Source: Methylophilaceae bacterium (GTDB lineage Bacteria > Pseudomonadota > Gammaproteobacteria > Burkholderiales > Methylophilaceae). From it: DNA of 64,000 bases. The notes beneath the pieces were generated by a model. The model was not told where the DNA came from and did no database searches. It saw only the letters and a list, made by a program, of their open reading frames with translations. Shown here piece after piece: positions 1 through 14,858 of this stretch. The first letter of the stretch is position 1; each line of letters begins with the position of its first letter. Position numbers and translations under genes: made by a program. Location of the stretch: NCBI GenBank assembly GCA_036562645.1, contig DATCJT010000062.1, positions 4,041 to 68,040 of the forward strand, read 5' to 3'.

Positions 1-1298
<1,298 letters not shown>

Positions 1299-1325
1299 TT
1301 AGCTTATAAGGTTCAGACGCCCAGC

Positions 1326-2189
1326 CTAGACAGCAGCTGCGCCGCCCACGATTTCCGAAATTTCCTTGGTGATGGCGGCCTGACGCGCCTTGTTATATAC
1401 CAGCTTGAGCTCGTCAATGACGTTCTTGGCATTGTCGGATGCCGCCTTCATCGCCACCATGCGCGCGCTCTGCTCGGAGGCCATGTTTTCCGCCACCGCG
1501 TGATAGACGAGCGACTCGATATAACGCGTCATGAGCTCGTTGACCACGCTCACCGGCTCCGGCTCGTAGATGTAGTCCCAGTGGCCCTCGGGGGTGCCCA
1601 AACGTTCGCCGGACAACGGCAACAACTGCTCGCACACAGGCTCCTGCTTCATCGTATTGATGAACCTGGTGTAGCAGATGTGGAGCTGATCGATTTCACC
1701 ATTGATGTAGGCATCCAGCATCACCTTGATGGCACCGATCAGCTTTTCCATGTGCGGCGTATCGCCCAAACCGACAGCATGCGCCTGTATTCTGGCGCCG
1801 ATACGGTTCATGAAACCGAACCCCTTGTTGCCGATCGCGGTGACCGACACCCCCTTGCCTTCGCCTTCCCATTCCTTCATGTGGTTGATCGCGAGACGCA
1901 GCACGTTGGTATTGAGACCGCCGCACAGACCCTTGTCGGAAGTCACGACAATGATGCCGACATTCCTGACCTGCTCGCGCTTGATGAGGAATGGATGCTT
2001 GTACTCGGGGCGGGCGTAGGAAAAGTGCGCAGCCACGTTGCGGATCTTTTCGGCATAGGGACGGGCGGCACGCATCCGGTCCTGCGCCTTGCGCATCTTG
2101 GACGCGGCCACCATTTCCATTGCCTTGGTGATCTTGCGCGTGTTTTCCACGCTGCGGATCTTGGTTCTGATTTCTTTACTGCCGGCCAT
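1326..2189 (-). CDS. atpG: F0F1 ATP synthase subunit gamma
   Basis: 287-aa ORF. The N-terminus [36 protein letters not shown] and the C-terminus [17 protein letters not shown] are typical of gamma subunits. It lies between atpA and atpD. Confidence 0.95.
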   Translation of the reverse strand: MAGSKEIRTKIRSVENTRKITKAMEMVAASKMRKAQDRMRAARPYAEKIRNVAAHFSYARPEYKHPFLIKREQVRNVGIIVVTSDKGLCGGLNTNVLRLAINHMKEWEGEGKGVSVTAIGNKGFGFMNRIGARIQAHAVGLGDTPHMEKLIGAIKVMLDAYINGEIDQLHICYTRFINTMKQEPVCEQLLPLSGERLGTPEGHWDYIYEPEPVSVVNELMTRYIESLVYHAVAENMASEQSARMVAMKAASDNAKNVIDELKLVYNKARQAAITKEISEIVGGAAAV

Positions 2190-2211
2190 ATCTTTTCACC
2201 CAGTCCGGTTC

Positions 2212-3753
2212 TTAGTAAGCGTTGGTTGCCTTGAAGTCTTGAATCGCGGCTTCCAGCGCCTTCTGATCGTCCGCGCTCAGATCCTTGGTTTCCTCGATCT
2301 TGTCCATGATCTGTTTGTACTTGGACTTGAGGAAGGCATGCAGCGCGGATTCGAAAGCCAGCACCTTTTCCACCGGCACATCGTCGAGATAGCCCTGGTT
2401 CGCTGCCAGCAGCGAGACGGCCATTTCGGATACGCTGAGCGGTGCATACTGCGGCTGCTTCATGAGCTCGGTCACGAGACGGCCACGCTCCAGCTGCTTG
2501 CGGGTTGCCTCATCCAGGTCGGATGCGAACTGCGCGAAAGCGGCCAGCTCACGATACTGTGCCAGCGCCAGACGCACACCACCGCCCAGCTTCTTGATGA
2601 CCTTGGTCTGCGCGGCACCACCGACGCGGGACACGGAGATACCGGCGTTGATGGCGGGCCGGATACCGGCGTTGAAGAGGTCGGTTTCCAGGAAGATCTG
2701 ACCATCGGTAATCGAGATTACGTTGGTCGGCACGAACGCGGAAACGTCGCCTGCAGCAGTCTCGATCACGGGCAGGGCAGTGAGTGAACCGGTCTTACCC
2801 TTGACTTCACCCTTGGTGAAGTTCTCGACATATTCCTCGTTGACGCGGGCTGCACGCTCGAGCAGACGGGAGTGGATGTAGAACACGTCACCCGGATAGG
2901 CTTCGCGGCCCGGCGGACGGCGCAGCAGCAGGGAGATCTGACGGTACGCCCAAGCCTGCTTGGTCAGGTCGTCATAGACGATCAGTGCGTCCTGACCACG
3001 GTCACGGAAGTATTCACCCATGGTGCAGCCGGCATAGGGTGCCAGGAACTGCAGCGCGGCGGAATCAGAAGCGGAGGCGGCAACGACGATGGTGTATTCC
3101 ATCGCACCGTGCTCTTCCAGCTTGCGTACGATGTTGGCAATGGTGGAAGCCTTCTGACCGATCGCCACGTAGATACAGGTCATGTTCTGACCCTTTTGGT
3201 TGATGATGGCGTCAATCGCGACGGCGGTCTTACCGGTCTGGCGGTCGCCGATGATCAGCTCACGCTGGCCGCGGCCGATGGGCACCATGGAGTCGATCGC
3301 CTTGAGGCCGGTCTGCACCGGTTGCGAAACCGACTTACGGGAAATGACGCCAGGTGCAACCTTTTCGATCTTGTCGGTGAGCTTGGCGTTGATCGGTCCC
3401 TTGCCGTCGATCGGCTGGCCCAGCGCATTGACCACGCGGCCGATCAGTTCCGGACCAACCGGCACTTCCAGGATGCGGCCGGTGCATTTGCAGACGTCGC
3501 CTTCAGTGATGTGCTCGTATTCACCCAGCACCACGGCACCGACGGAATCGCGTTCGAGGTTGAGCGCGAGACCATAGGTATTGCCCGGGAACTCGATCAT
3601 TTCGCCGGCCATGACGTTGGACAGACCGTGAATGCGTACGATACCGTCAGTTACGGAAATCACCGTGCCCTGGGTACGTGCTTCGGCACCGGTGTCGAAA
3701 TTTTCCAGTCTGCTTTTAATCAGTTCGCTGATTTCTGATGTGGATAACTGCAT
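2212..3753 (-). CDS. atpA: F0F1 ATP synthase subunit alpha
   Basis: 513-aa ORF with a GDRQTGKTA Walker A and an alpha-subunit-like sequence throughout. Position in the operon fits. Confidence 0.96.
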   Translation of the reverse strand: MQLSTSEISELIKSRLENFDTGAEARTQGTVISVTDGIVRIHGLSNVMAGEMIEFPGNTYGLALNLERDSVGAVVLGEYEHITEGDVCKCTGRILEVPVGPELIGRVVNALGQPIDGKGPINAKLTDKIEKVAPGVISRKSVSQPVQTGLKAIDSMVPIGRGQRELIIGDRQTGKTAVAIDAIINQKGQNMTCIYVAIGQKASTIANIVRKLEEHGAMEYTIVVAASASDSAALQFLAPYAGCTMGEYFRDRGQDALIVYDDLTKQAWAYRQISLLLRRPPGREAYPGDVFYIHSRLLERAARVNEEYVENFTKGEVKGKTGSLTALPVIETAAGDVSAFVPTNVISITDGQIFLETDLFNAGIRPAINAGISVSRVGGAAQTKVIKKLGGGVRLALAQYRELAAFAQFASDLDEATRKQLERGRLVTELMKQPQYAPLSVSEMAVSLLAANQGYLDDVPVEKVLAFESALHAFLKSKYKQIMDKIEETKDLSADDQKALEAAIQDFKATNAY

Positions 3754-3778
3754 TATTCTGTCTCCTGACCTTTATGGC

Positions 3779-4315
3779 CTAACTTTTAAGCGTATAGGCC
3801 AACTCTTGAAGTTGACCACGGACGGAAGCGTCGATGACGGTATCGCCAATCACAATCTTGACCCCACCGATGAGTTCCGGATCAATCTTGACGCTTGCCT
3901 CGATTTTTTTGCCGAACCTGGATTCCAGACGCTTGACCAGATCCTTGACCGTGCTGTCGGAAGGTTGCACGGCAGCGGTGATTTCCGCTTCCAGCACACC
4001 CTCATCCTCGGCTTTCAGTTCCTCAAAGGCGGCAGCGACCTGCGGAAGCAGCGCCAGCCGGCCGTATTCGATGAGGAGCTTGATCAGATTCACGCCTGCC
4101 GCGTCGAGCTTCTTGTCGCAGATGGAGAGAAATGTTCTTTCCAGTGCTTCGGAAGTGACCTTGGGATCCTCGATGTACGACTGCATCAGCGGGTCTGCAG
4201 CCACGGCAGCGGCATAGCCCAGCATTTCCGACCATTTGGCCAGTGCATTCTGTTCCTTTGCCAAACGAAACGCTGCTACGGCATAGGGCCTTACGATAGT
4301 GATTGCTTCAGCCAT
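3779..4315 (-). CDS. atpH: F0F1 ATP synthase subunit delta (OSCP)
   Basis: 178-aa ORF between atpF and atpA. The N-terminus ITIVRPYAVAAFRLA resembles delta/OSCP proteins. Confidence 0.9.
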   Translation of the reverse strand: MAEAITIVRPYAVAAFRLAKEQNALAKWSEMLGYAAAVAADPLMQSYIEDPKVTSEALERTFLSICDKKLDAAGVNLIKLLIEYGRLALLPQVAAAFEELKAEDEGVLEAEITAAVQPSDSTVKDLVKRLESRFGKKIEASVKIDPELIGGVKIVIGDTVIDASVRGQLQELAYTLKS

Positions 4316-4331
4316 GATCGTAGTCGCTCTC

Positions 4332-4802
4332 TTACAGCTCGTTGGCGATGTTGTTCAGGATTTCGGCATGAGCCTTGGCATCGATCTCCTTGCGCAGAAT
4401 CTTTTCCGCGCCGGCAATCGCCAGTGCCGAAACTTGCTGACGCAGGCTTTCCTTGGCCCGATTCACTTCCTGTTCGATTTCAGCCTTGGCGCCTGCGATG
4501 ATGCGATCGCCTTCGGCCTTTGCAGCTTCCTTCGCAGCTTCGACGATTTCCGTCGCGCGCTTTTCCGCTTGGGAAATGATGTCCGTTGCTCTCAACTTGG
4601 CTTCTTCGATGGTCTCCGCGGAGCGCTTCGCAGCCTGCTCCAACTCACTGCGCCCACGCTCGCCTGCGGCCAGTCCATCCGCGATTTCCTTCTGACGCTT
4701 TTCAATGGCTCCCAGCAGGGGAGGCCAAATGAATTTGGCCGTAAACCAAATCAGCACCGCGAATGTAATAGCCTGCGCAAAGAGTGTCAGGTTTATATTC
4801 AT
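4332..4802 (-). CDS. atpF: F0F1 ATP synthase subunit b
   Basis: 156 aa. It has a single N-terminal TM segment ([22 protein letters not shown]) followed by a long charged Ala/Glu/Lys helix. Operon position fits. Confidence 0.9.
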   Translation of the reverse strand: MNINLTLFAQAITFAVLIWFTAKFIWPPLLGAIEKRQKEIADGLAAGERGRSELEQAAKRSAETIEEAKLRATDIISQAEKRATEIVEAAKEAAKAEGDRIIAGAKAEIEQEVNRAKESLRQQVSALAIAGAEKILRKEIDAKAHAEILNNIANEL

Positions 4803-4874
4803 CTTTTGCTCCTAGCTGCAAAGTCCTGCACGTCGGCAGAACCTTGCGGCTAACTGATTAGTTTCGTTAATGAC

Positions 4875-5171
<297 letters not shown>

Positions 5172-5213
5172 CTACTACTTTAAAAAAACCAGAAAACTAC
5201 AAAAAACCTTCTT

Positions 5214-6029
<816 letters not shown>

Positions 6030-6428
6030 TCAACCTTGCTTATTACTTTCACTATTGAGGGCATATACTGCCGACCCGGAGAGGATTGCCGCCGAGGCCA
6101 GGGAACAAAACAGGGCCATCAGGACCATCCGATCCGCGTAAACCTTAAAACTGAGCCAAAGCAGCAGGACGATCACCAGAATCTTGACCGCTTCGGCCAT
6201 CAGCAAATTTATAAGTATCGCACCCGCCCGCGTGCTGTTCTCACTGCGGCGCGCCACCCTGCACGCGAAATAGCTCCCCGCCAGCACGACACCGCCGCCG
6301 ATCAGCGCCGAGACAAGGCCGGCTGTTCCAGCCACGGCAAACGCGACCAGCGCTATGGCTAACGTGCTCAGGCTCTGCCATTTGGCCGCGCGCCTGAACA
6401 CTGCGGTAACGTTTTCCTGTTTCGGCAC
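6030..6428 (-). CDS. atpI: ATP synthase protein I (AtpI family); start uncertain
   Basis: Small hydrophobic protein directly upstream of atpB. The track ORF extends to 6518 but begins with TTG. An in-frame GTG at 6428 (VPKQENV...) gives about 132 aa, the usual AtpI size, and leaves room for an atp promoter downstream of parB. Confidence 0.6.
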   Translation of the reverse strand: MPKQENVTAVFRRAAKWQSLSTLAIALVAFAVAGTAGLVSALIGGGVVLAGSYFACRVARRSENSTRAGAILINLLMAEAVKILVIVLLLWLSFKVYADRMVLMALFCSLASAAILSGSAVYALNSESNKQG

Positions 6429-6569
6429 AACTGCCGCCAAGTGATTGTCTGACAAGCGATTTCCGGATAATGTCCGGCCAATTTCGGGTTGCAGAATACC
6501 TGCAGGAAAATCCTGCAAAAAATGCTAAGCCCCGAATTGTCTTGTGTAATCGGTTTTAAGTCAAGCTTG

Positions 6570-7430
6570 TCAGTGACTTGGACGCCTCAGTCTGGCGATA
6601 ATGTCGTCCAGCTGATCGAGGTTGCTGTATTGGATTTTCAGCGTTCCCGAACCGCCGCGCCCGCTACGGATCTGCACTGGTACACCCAGTTCGTCGGCCA
6701 GATCTTCCTGCAGGCGCAGCACATCCATGTCCGGTTCCGCCTTTTTCGGCGGCTTGCTGCCTTCTTCCGCCATCCGCTTTGCCAGCCGTTCCGCCTCGCG
6801 CGCGGAAAGCCCCTTGGCGGAGATCTGTTCAGCTGCCATGATCTGCCTGCCCCCATCCAGAGAAAGCAGGGCACGCGCATGCCCCATTTCGATCTTTCCC
6901 TGCATCAACATATCCTGTACCTGTGGTGCGAGATTCAGGAGGCGCAGCAGATTCGTGACTGCCGCCCGCGAACGACCGACGGCTTCAGCCGCCTGCTGAT
7001 GGGTCATGCCGAATTCATCGATCAGACGCTTGATGCCCTGCGCTTCTTCCAACGGGTTCAGGTTCTCGCGCTGGATGTTTTCAATGAGCGCCATGGCGAG
7101 CGCCGCCTCATCCGCGATCTCCCGCACCAGCACAGGCACCTGCTGCAGGCCGGCAAGCTTCGATGCGCGCCAGCGCCGTTCACCGGCGACGATTTCATAG
7201 CGCCCGCTTGACACCTCACGCACGAGGATGGGCTGCATGATGCCCTGTGCCTTGATCGATTCCGCGAGACTGCTCAGCGATTCCTGATCCATCATCGTGC
7301 GCGGCTGATATTTGCCTGGCTGCAGCTGGTCGATGTCCAGCATCTTCAGCTGATCACCGGAACCACTGTCACCTTCATCGGCAGCAAGCAGCGAATCCAA
7401 CCCGCGACCTAATCCCTTGAGTTTTACCAT
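6570..7430 (-). CDS. parB: Chromosome partitioning protein ParB (parS-binding, CTPase family)
   Basis: 286 aa with the ParB box IVAGERRWRASKLAG and an HTH region (MTHQQAAEAVGRSRAAVTN). It lies immediately downstream of parA. Confidence 0.95.
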   Translation of the reverse strand: MVKLKGLGRGLDSLLAADEGDSGSGDQLKMLDIDQLQPGKYQPRTMMDQESLSSLAESIKAQGIMQPILVREVSSGRYEIVAGERRWRASKLAGLQQVPVLVREIADEAALAMALIENIQRENLNPLEEAQGIKRLIDEFGMTHQQAAEAVGRSRAAVTNLLRLLNLAPQVQDMLMQGKIEMGHARALLSLDGGRQIMAAEQISAKGLSAREAERLAKRMAEEGSKPPKKAEPDMDVLRLQEDLADELGVPVQIRSGRGGSGTLKIQYSNLDQLDDIIARLRRPSH

Positions 7431-7439
7431 GACCTTTCC

Positions 7440-8225
7440 CTAATTTGCTTCTGCTGCACGTACACGCCCATGTCGGTTAATGATCTCGCCAGCCAGGGCC
7501 AGATAAGCCTGCGCACCCTTGGAGTTCCTGTCATGGAACAAAACCGGCACGCCATAGCTCGGCGCCTCGGCCAGGCGGATATTGCGCGGGATGACGGTAC
7601 GATAGACCTTGTCGCCGAAATGCTGCGCCAGTTCGCCCGACACCTGTTGCGCCAGTGTGTTGCGGTTATCGAACATGGTCCTCAGCAGGCCCTCGATTTC
7701 CAAATCCGGATTGAGATGCTGCCGCACCTTTTTAATGGTATTGACAAGGTCGGACAAACCTTCCAGCGCAAAGTACTCACACTGCATCGGAATCATGACG
7801 GCATGCGCAGCCGTCAGGGCATTGACTGTAATCAGGCTGAGGGCAGGGGGGCAATCGATCAGCACATAGTCATACTCATCCTGCACCTCCTTCAACGCCG
7901 CCTTCAGCCTGGTCTCGCGCGCGATTTCGTTGACCAGCTCGACTTCGGCGCCGGCAAGGTCGCGATTGGCCGGCACGACATCGAAGCCACCCCTAGCGGA
8001 AGGCTGAATGACTTCCTTCAGCGTGCTCTTGCCGATCAGCACATGATAAACCGTCCGTTTCATGGCCGATTTTTCGACACCACTGCCGGTCGTGGCATTC
8101 CCCTGGGGATCCAGGTCGATCAGGAGCACGCGTCGTTTTGTCGCTGCAAGACTAGCCGCCAGATTGACGCAGGTCGTCGTTTTGCCGACACCACCCTTCT
8201 GATTGCTGACTGCTATTATCTTCAT
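7440..8225 (-). CDS. parA: Chromosome partitioning ATPase ParA/Soj
   Basis: 261 aa with the deviant Walker A NQKGGVGKTTTCVNLA. Paired with parB. Confidence 0.95.
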   Translation of the reverse strand: MKIIAVSNQKGGVGKTTTCVNLAASLAATKRRVLLIDLDPQGNATTGSGVEKSAMKRTVYHVLIGKSTLKEVIQPSARGGFDVVPANRDLAGAEVELVNEIARETRLKAALKEVQDEYDYVLIDCPPALSLITVNALTAAHAVMIPMQCEYFALEGLSDLVNTIKKVRQHLNPDLEIEGLLRTMFDNRNTLAQQVSGELAQHFGDKVYRTVIPRNIRLAEAPSYGVPVLFHDRNSKGAQAYLALAGEIINRHGRVRAAEAN

Positions 8226-8228
8226 CGC

Positions 8229-8894
8229 TCAGTTCGCCTCACTCTTCGTTGCCTCCGATACGAACGGGAGAAATACGAGATGCCGCTGCGCAGCCAGTCC
8301 CGCCACCTGTAATGGCTCGACGCGCGTCGGCCGAATGTCGATCCCGGCCAGTTCATCATAGGGATAGACCCCCTTCATCGCCAACCATTGTCCACCCGGC
8401 CTGCCCAGATGACGCGTCAGCCCGATGAACAGCCCAAGATCTGAGAAGGCTCGCGATATGATCACCTCATATGGCTCGGCAGGCCGATACTGCTCGACAC
8501 GCGCACAGATCACCTCCAGATTTGCCACCCCCATCTCCGCCTTGACCTGACGCATGAAGCTGGCCTTTTTCTGACTGGAGTCCAGCACCGTCACCTGCAT
8601 ATGTGGCTGGCAGATCGCCAGCGGAATACCGGGCAGGCCGGCGCCGCTACCGACATCCAGCAGCCTGCTTACATGCTGCACATGCGGCAGGACGGCCAGA
8701 CTGTCGAGCAGGTGCAGCACCACCATGTCGGACGGCTCGCGCACTGCGGTCAGGTTATGTACTCTGTTCCATTTGTGGAGAAGCGCGAGATAGTCCAGCA
8801 AGCGCTCCCGAGCACCCTCCGGCACATCCAGCCCCATTTCATTGATGCCATTACCCAGGGCCGCCGCGAGCACGGCTCTATCCAGTCCGCTCAT
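8229..8894 (-). CDS. rsmG: 16S rRNA (guanine527-N7)-methyltransferase RsmG (GidB)
   Basis: 221 aa with the SAM-binding motif [17 protein letters not shown]. Its start overlaps the mnmG stop (ATGA). Confidence 0.93.
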   Translation of the reverse strand: MSGLDRAVLAAALGNGINEMGLDVPEGARERLLDYLALLHKWNRVHNLTAVREPSDMVVLHLLDSLAVLPHVQHVSRLLDVGSGAGLPGIPLAICQPHMQVTVLDSSQKKASFMRQVKAEMGVANLEVICARVEQYRPAEPYEVIISRAFSDLGLFIGLTRHLGRPGGQWLAMKGVYPYDELAGIDIRPTRVEPLQVAGLAAQRHLVFLPFVSEATKSEAN

Positions 8895-10810
8895 GCCACC
8901 TTTTCCGGTGATTTCGCGGCCTTCGCATACCCCTTGCGCTTCAGGTAAATCAGCAGCAGGGAGATGGCCGCCGGCGTAATACCGCTGATCCGCCCAGCCT
9001 GACCTATGGTTTCCGGCTTGATGCTGTTCAGTTTTTGCTGCGCCTCGATGGACAGGCCATGTACCTGGCTGTAATCAAGGTCCGGCGGCAACGGCAGCGA
9101 CTCGCTCGCTCGCTGGCGCTCGATTTCCTCCTTCTGCCTGTCGATGTAGCCCTGATACTTGGCCGCGATCTCGACCTGCTGCATCACCTGCGCATCCAGT
9201 TCGCCCGGCTCTGCGGCGCCGGTAGGCAGCGGCAGACTGAGCAATGCATCGTAGCTGACGTCAGGGCGCCTCAGCAGTTCAAACAGCGAATACTCGTGCT
9301 CGATCGACTTGCCCAGCACCCGCACCGCATCCTCCACCGGCAAACTGGACGGATATACAAAGGTACGCTTGAGGCGCTCCTGCTCACGCGCTATAGCCTC
9401 CTGTTTGCGCGAGAACACCTCCCAGCGCGCATCATCGACCAACCCCAACCTTCGACCGATCTCCGTCAGCCTGATGTCCGCATTGTCTTCACGTAGCAAT
9501 AGACGGTATTCCGCCCGGCTAGTGAACATCCGATACGGCTCGGTCACGCCCGTCGTAATCAGGTCATCGACCAACACGCCCAGATAGGCTTCGTCGCGCG
9601 CAGGGCACCATGGCGCCTCATCCTTTGCATACAGCGCCGCATTAGCGCCCGCCAGCAACCCCTGCGCCGCCGCTTCCTCATAGCCCGTCGTGCCGTTGAT
9701 CTGACCAGCAAAGAAAAGCCCCCGCACACTCTTTGTCTCCAGCGAGCTTTTCAATCCCCTAGGGTCGTAATAGTCGTATTCGATCGCATATCCCGGCCGC
9801 AGTATGTGAGCATTCTCGAGGCCACGTATGGAACGCACCAAATCCAGCTGGACATCGAAGGGGAGACTGGTCGATATACCATTCGGGTAAATCTCGTTGG
9901 TCGCCAACCCCTCGGGTTCCAGGAATATCTGATGGGAATCCTTGTCTGCAAAACGATGTATCTTATCCTCTATGGACGGGCAGTAGCGCGGACCCACCCC
10001 CTCAATGACGCCGGTATACATGGGGGAACGGTCGAGTCCGCTGCGTATGATGTCATGCGTGCGTGCATTGGTATGTGTAATCCAGCACGAAACCTGGCGC
10101 GGATGTTCGTCGGCGCTACCGAGGAAAGAAAAGACCGGCACCGGATCGTCGCCCGGCTGCTCCGTCATGACCGAATAATCGATAGTGCGACCATCAATGC
10201 GCGGCGGCGTACCAGTCTTCAGCCGGCCAGCCGGCAGACCGATTTCACGCAGCCTTGCCGCCAAGGAAATGGATGCCGGATCACCGGCGCGACCCGCCTG
10301 ATAGTTCTCAAGACCGACATGCACCAGACCGCCAAGAAAGGTGCCCGCCGTCAGCACAACCGCCCTGGACCTGAAGCGCAATCCTAGTTGCGTCACCACG
10401 CCGGCAGCGCGCTCACCCTCCAGTAGTATGTCATCTACCGCCTGCTGAAACAGCCAGAGATTGGGCTGATTCTCCAGCCGACGCCGTATCGCCGCCTTGT
10501 ATAGCACACGATCAGCCTGTGCACGCGTGGCTCGGACCGCGGGCCCCTTGCTGGCATTCAATATGCGAAACTGTATGCCGCTCTCGTCGGTAGCCGCTGC
10601 CATGGCACCTCCCAGCGCATCCACCTCCTTGACCAGATGCCCCTTGCCGATACCACCAATCGACGGATTACACGACATCTGCCCCAATGTCTCGATATTA
10701 TGGGTCAATAGCAGAGTCCTGCACCCCATACGCGCACTGGCAAGCGCAGCCTCCGTGCCAGCATGGCCGCCACCAACCACGATCACATCAAAAACATCGG
10801 GAAAAAGCAT
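8891..10810 (-). CDS. mnmG: tRNA uridine 5-carboxymethylaminomethyl modification enzyme MnmG (GidA)
   Basis: 639 aa with an N-terminal FAD fold ([18 protein letters not shown]). GidA-like along its whole length. Confidence 0.96.
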   Translation of the reverse strand: MLFPDVFDVIVVGGGHAGTEAALASARMGCRTLLLTHNIETLGQMSCNPSIGGIGKGHLVKEVDALGGAMAAATDESGIQFRILNASKGPAVRATRAQADRVLYKAAIRRRLENQPNLWLFQQAVDDILLEGERAAGVVTQLGLRFRSRAVVLTAGTFLGGLVHVGLENYQAGRAGDPASISLAARLREIGLPAGRLKTGTPPRIDGRTIDYSVMTEQPGDDPVPVFSFLGSADEHPRQVSCWITHTNARTHDIIRSGLDRSPMYTGVIEGVGPRYCPSIEDKIHRFADKDSHQIFLEPEGLATNEIYPNGISTSLPFDVQLDLVRSIRGLENAHILRPGYAIEYDYYDPRGLKSSLETKSVRGLFFAGQINGTTGYEEAAAQGLLAGANAALYAKDEAPWCPARDEAYLGVLVDDLITTGVTEPYRMFTSRAEYRLLLREDNADIRLTEIGRRLGLVDDARWEVFSRKQEAIAREQERLKRTFVYPSSLPVEDAVRVLGKSIEHEYSLFELLRRPDVSYDALLSLPLPTGAAEPGELDAQVMQQVEIAAKYQGYIDRQKEEIERQRASESLPLPPDLDYSQVHGLSIEAQQKLNSIKPETIGQAGRISGITPAAISLLLIYLKRKGYAKAAKSPEKVA

Positions 10811-10966
10811 TTTTGGAGATTCTCGAAAAAATTCCGCCTGACACCCATGAAAGCCAGAAAATTCAATGGGTTTGGCACATCATCGATAAAAACAGACAGC
10901 AGCCCACCACATCCAGGTTACCGACATCTTACCGCATTCTGCTTGCAGCGTCATGCATCCGGCAGA

Positions 10967-10982
10967 TGTTTCACGTGAAACA
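10967..10982. promoter_or_regulatory. parS: parS centromere site, perfect 16-bp palindrome TGTTTCACGTGAAACA
   Basis: Read directly from the sequence. It matches the established parS consensus TGTTNCACGTGAAACA. It lies in the mnmG-mnmE spacer, about 3.5 kb from parB. Confidence 0.85.
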
Positions 10983-11068
10983 ACCACACAGACTCACAAA
11001 ACCCAACTGAACCTTTTGGTAAAGCAACGCACACTAAAACCGTGTCACATCAAAAAGAACTCGAGCAA

Positions 11069-11084
11069 TGTTTCACGTGAAACA
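11069..11084. promoter_or_regulatory. parS: parS centromere site, perfect 16-bp palindrome TGTTTCACGTGAAACA
   Basis: Identical copy 102 bp from the first site, in the same spacer. Confidence 0.85.
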
Positions 11085-11125
11085 TTGCCATGCAGCAACA
11101 CAAAGCTAAAACTTAACTTATTGAT

Positions 11126-12472
11126 TTATTTACCAATACAGAACTTCGAGAAAATTTCGCCCAGCAAATCGTCCGGCGTGAATTCCCCGGTGATCTGACC
11201 CAATGCCTCCTGGGCCAGTCTCAGCTCCTCGGCCACGAGTTCCGCCTGTCCCAAGCGCCCGATTGCGGATTCCAGATGCCGGTCGACCTCCTTCAGAGAT
11301 TGCAAATGGCGGGTGCGCGCCATGAATACACCCTCGCCGCCGGGTTGCCATCCGGCAACCTCCAGTAAATGGTCGCTCAACAGGGAAACACCTTGGCCAC
11401 TTCTGGCAGACAGATAGATATGTGTCTCACCACTCCTGGCCTCCTTTCTGGGACTTTCCCCGCTGAGGTCAATCTTGTTGTGAACCCAGATTTTTGGCAA
11501 AAACCTCGGTAATCGCTCCAGAATCGATTTTTCCTCTTCGCCAATACCATGAGCTGCATCGACCAATAATAATGCGATATCGGCGTTTTCTAGAGCTCGC
11601 CATGTTCTGGCGATCCCGTGTTTTTCCACCTCGTCGGCGGTCTCACGCAATCCGGCAGTGTCGATGACGTGCAAGGGAACGCCGTTGATCTGTATCGTGC
11701 TGCGGATTATGTCACGGGTCGTACCTGCTATCGGCGTGACGATTGCGACTTCCTCCCCGGCCAGCCGGTTCATCAGGCTGGATTTTCCGACATTGGGCTG
11801 GCCTACCAGAACCACCTGTATGCCCTCGCGCAACAGATTGCCCTGCTGCGCACTCTGAAACACGCGCTCCATTTCTCGCCGCAGGTCAGCCAGCTTTTCC
11901 GCAACCCGCCCCTGGCTGATGAAATCTATCTCCTCTTCGGGAAAATCCAGACACGCCTCCACATACATACGCAATTCGACCAGACGGTCCAACAATGCAT
12001 GAATGCATGCGGAAAACTCTCCGGATAGCGAGCGCACGGCGCTACGCGCCGCAGCCTCGGTCGAGGCGTTGATCAGATCGGCTACCGCTTCGGCCTGCGC
12101 CAGGTCCAGCTTGTCATTCAGATAGGCTCGCCGCGTGAATTCGCCTGGCAACGCTTGGCGCGCACCCAACGACAGGCAGCGCCTGAGCAGTATCTGCATC
12201 AACGCCGGACCGCCGTGGGCCTGCAGTTCCAGGACATCCTCGCCGGTATAGGAATGGGGGGCGGCATAATAGATGGCTATGCCACGGTCGATGAGACTAC
12301 CATCCGCCTCCCTGAAATCCAGGTAGGCCGCATGGCGTGGAGGAGGGCAATGACCGAGGATGGCTTCCGCAATGCGTCGGCAGGCGCTCCCGGAAACGCG
12401 CACGACACCGATACCGCCCGATCCTGGCGCAGTCGCTATTGCCGCTATCGTATCCGCACTCTCAGCATTCAT
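11126..12472 (-). CDS. mnmE: tRNA modification GTPase MnmE (TrmE)
   Basis: The track ORF (to 12895) overlaps yidC and that extension is non-homologous. The conserved N-terminus [28 protein letters not shown] starts at the ATG at 12472. It has G1 [21 protein letters not shown] and the C-terminal CIGK. Confidence 0.94.
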   Translation of the reverse strand: MNAESADTIAAIATAPGSGGIGVVRVSGSACRRIAEAILGHCPPPRHAAYLDFREADGSLIDRGIAIYYAAPHSYTGEDVLELQAHGGPALMQILLRRCLSLGARQALPGEFTRRAYLNDKLDLAQAEAVADLINASTEAAARSAVRSLSGEFSACIHALLDRLVELRMYVEACLDFPEEEIDFISQGRVAEKLADLRREMERVFQSAQQGNLLREGIQVVLVGQPNVGKSSLMNRLAGEEVAIVTPIAGTTRDIIRSTIQINGVPLHVIDTAGLRETADEVEKHGIARTWRALENADIALLLVDAAHGIGEEEKSILERLPRFLPKIWVHNKIDLSGESPRKEARSGETHIYLSARSGQGVSLLSDHLLEVAGWQPGGEGVFMARTRHLQSLKEVDRHLESAIGRLGQAELVAEELRLAQEALGQITGEFTPDDLLGEIFSKFCIGK

Positions 12473-12516
12473 AGGCGCCGGCAGAATGCACCGGCCGTAT
12501 GCCGGTGCGATAAAGC

Positions 12517-14160
12517 CTATCGTTTGCCCGCTTTTCTCTTGGCGGCAGACTCGCGCTCGATGACGCGATTGATGTGCCACTGCTGGGCAATCGACAGAAT
12601 ATTGTTGACCAGCCAGTAGAGTACCAGACCCGCCGGGAAGAAGAAAAAGAACACGCTGAATACGATCGGCATGATCATCATGACCTTGGCCTGAACCGGA
12701 TCGGTCGGCTTCGGATTCAGCTTGGTCTGAATGATCATGGTCAGCCCCATAAGAATGGGCAACACGAAATACGGATCGGTTGCCGACAGATCCTGAATCC
12801 ACAGCATGAACGGCGCATGGCGCATCTCGACGCTGCCGAGCAGCACCCAGTAGAGCGCGATGAATACCGGAATCTGCACCAGAATCGGCAGGCATCCGCC
12901 CAGCGGATTGATTTTCTCCGTCTTGTACAACTCCATCATCGCCTGTTGCAGCTTCTGCCGGTCATCGCCGAACTTTTCCTTCATGCTCTGCAGGCGCGGC
13001 GTCAGTTCCCGCAGATGCGCCATCGAACGATAGCTGGCAGCGGAAAGCGGATAGAACACGAGCTTGATCAGTATGGTCAACAGGATGATGGACACCCCCC
13101 AGTTGCCAACCAGCTTCTGGATGGCGGAAAGCACCCAGAAGAGCGGTGCGGCAATGATGGTCAGCCAGCCATAGTCAACCGCATATTCCAGTCCCGGTGC
13201 GACGGCCTTTAGCTGGGACTGGATCTGCGGACCCGCATACAGTCTGGCTGGTACCACGGTTTTCGAGCCCGGCGCGACCTGACCCAGCGGACTGACACTG
13301 CCGATGGAAAAGACATCGGTGGACAGCTGCTTGGTGTAGAACTCGCGAGCGATGTCCTCCTGCGGAATCCAGGCACCGAGGAAATAATGCTGCACCAGAC
13401 CGACCCAGCCGTCGCGGCTGTTTTTGGAAAGGTTAGCCTTCGCCATGTCTGCGAAGCTGATTTTCTTGAACTTGTCGGTATCGGTGTAATAGGCGCCGCC
13501 GGTGAACGTCGGCATCATGAATGAACCCTGATTGGACTTGTCGTCATGCAGGATCTGGTAATAGACGGAAGGCGTGATTGCGCTTTCCGAGCCGTTGACG
13601 ATTTCATAGCGGACATCGATCGCATAGCTGCCGCGCCTGAACGTATAGACCTTGTCGACATGCAAACCGGCATCGTTGCTCCATGACAAACGCACCTCCA
13701 GCTCGTCGCTGCCGTCGCTCATCAGGTAGGCATCACTGTCACTCGTGAAAACATTGCGATGATTCGGCAGATCATTGCCAATCAGGCCGGTTTGCGCGAT
13801 ATAAAGCAGCGGTGCCGCCCCGTCATCCAGCAGCACGTACTCGCTCTTTTTGTCATCGGTGAGATGCTGACGCAGAACCAGCCTGCGCAGGTCCCCACCA
13901 ACCGTATCGATCTCGCCGCGGTACAGATCGGTTTCGATACGGATGCGCTTGCCGCTTTCCAGACCGAAACCGCCGCCTGCCCGCGGCAGATCCTGCTGAC
14001 TCGTCGCTGCCGGCATGTCCGGTGCTTGCGGTATGCTGGCATCTGCCGGTGCGGCTGTGGCTGCGACTGATTGTGGCGCGTTGTGCTGTTGCCAGGCATC
14101 CCACAGCATCAACAGGGAGAACGAGAAAATGACGAATAATATCAGTCGCTTGGTATCCAT
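12517..14160 (-). CDS. yidC: Membrane protein insertase YidC
   Basis: 547 aa. It has an N-terminal TM segment, a large periplasmic domain and a C-terminal Oxa1-like 5-TM core. It sits in the canonical rpmH-rnpA-yidD-yidC order. Confidence 0.95.
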   Translation of the reverse strand: MDTKRLILFVIFSFSLLMLWDAWQQHNAPQSVAATAAPADASIPQAPDMPAATSQQDLPRAGGGFGLESGKRIRIETDLYRGEIDTVGGDLRRLVLRQHLTDDKKSEYVLLDDGAAPLLYIAQTGLIGNDLPNHRNVFTSDSDAYLMSDGSDELEVRLSWSNDAGLHVDKVYTFRRGSYAIDVRYEIVNGSESAITPSVYYQILHDDKSNQGSFMMPTFTGGAYYTDTDKFKKISFADMAKANLSKNSRDGWVGLVQHYFLGAWIPQEDIAREFYTKQLSTDVFSIGSVSPLGQVAPGSKTVVPARLYAGPQIQSQLKAVAPGLEYAVDYGWLTIIAAPLFWVLSAIQKLVGNWGVSIILLTILIKLVFYPLSAASYRSMAHLRELTPRLQSMKEKFGDDRQKLQQAMMELYKTEKINPLGGCLPILVQIPVFIALYWVLLGSVEMRHAPFMLWIQDLSATDPYFVLPILMGLTMIIQTKLNPKPTDPVQAKVMMIMPIVFSVFFFFFPAGLVLYWLVNNILSIAQQWHINRVIERESAAKRKAGKR

Positions 14161-14204
14161 TGATGTGTCTTGATTGTCTATATGTTAATGATTAGGGATG
14201 CAGT

Positions 14205-14465
14205 TCATGGCACGGGATCATGGCCACCATCATGCCATGGATGGCAACGCAGCAAACGCTTTGCGGCAATTACAGACCCCCTGCATGCACCATGTTTTGC
14301 AATTGCCTCGATTGCATACTGGGAACAGGTCGGACTGAACCGGCATTGCTGGCCGAAATACGGACTCAGCGTCAACTGATAAAGCCGGATCACGGCTACC
14401 AGAATACGTCTCGGCCAGTATACCGGGGAACCCTTAAGCATCGGCATGAGTTGCATCATTTTCAT
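14205..14465 (-). CDS. yidD: Membrane protein insertion efficiency factor YidD (start uncertain; ATGs at 14465/14459/14456/14447/14441)
   Basis: The conserved core is [65 protein letters not shown]. It overlaps the 3' end of rnpA, as is usual. Confidence 0.85.
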   Translation of the reverse strand: MKMMQLMPMLKGSPVYWPRRILVAVIRLYQLTLSPYFGQQCRFSPTCSQYAIEAIAKHGACRGSVIAAKRLLRCHPWHDGGHDPVP

Positions 14466-14820
14466 GATTTGCCGCGATCCGCCGCTCCAGTCTGACGAGC
14501 AATTCGGAGAATTCCCGTTCAACCTCGGCAAAATCCACATATCCGTATGCCTTGGTGACGCGAACCACCAGATCCATAGGTGGAATCCGTGAGCGCCGCC
14601 TTCTGAATAGTTCGCGCAGCACACGCTTCATGTAATTGCGGTCTACCGAGCGCTTGGCGATTTTCCTGGAGACCACCAGACCCAGCCTGGCACCGGCAGA
14701 CTGGCCGGCACGATAGTGGATAACCAGATAGCGGCCGGAAATCCGCTTGCGCAAACTAAAAACGGATGAAAAATCATCCGTTTTCGTAATTCTGGCCTGG
14801 CGTGGAAAACCCTGACTCAA
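14434..14820 (-). CDS. rnpA: RNase P protein component
   Basis: 128-aa basic protein directly downstream of rpmH, with RnpA-like [25 protein letters not shown]. Confidence 0.9.
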   Translation of the reverse strand: MSQGFPRQARITKTDDFSSVFSLRKRISGRYLVIHYRAGQSAGARLGLVVSRKIAKRSVDRNYMKRVLRELFRRRRSRIPPMDLVVRVTKAYGYVDFAEVEREFSELLVRLERRIAANHENDATHADA

Positions 14821-14858
14821 ACCGGGACCAACGCCTGTGAACTAGGCTGTTCGCGCAA

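Noticed and set aside
10811-11125. mnmG-mnmE spacer as an alternative oriC (by analogy with the E. coli gidA-mioC origin)
   Set aside because: I found no TTATCCACA-like boxes and no pronounced AT-rich tract there, only the two parS palindromes. The dnaA-dnaN spacer is a much better candidate.
12473-12895. N-terminal 141-codon extension of the mnmE ORF
   Set aside because: It overlaps the 3' end of yidC in another frame and has no MnmE homology. The conserved MnmE N-terminus begins at the ATG at 12472.
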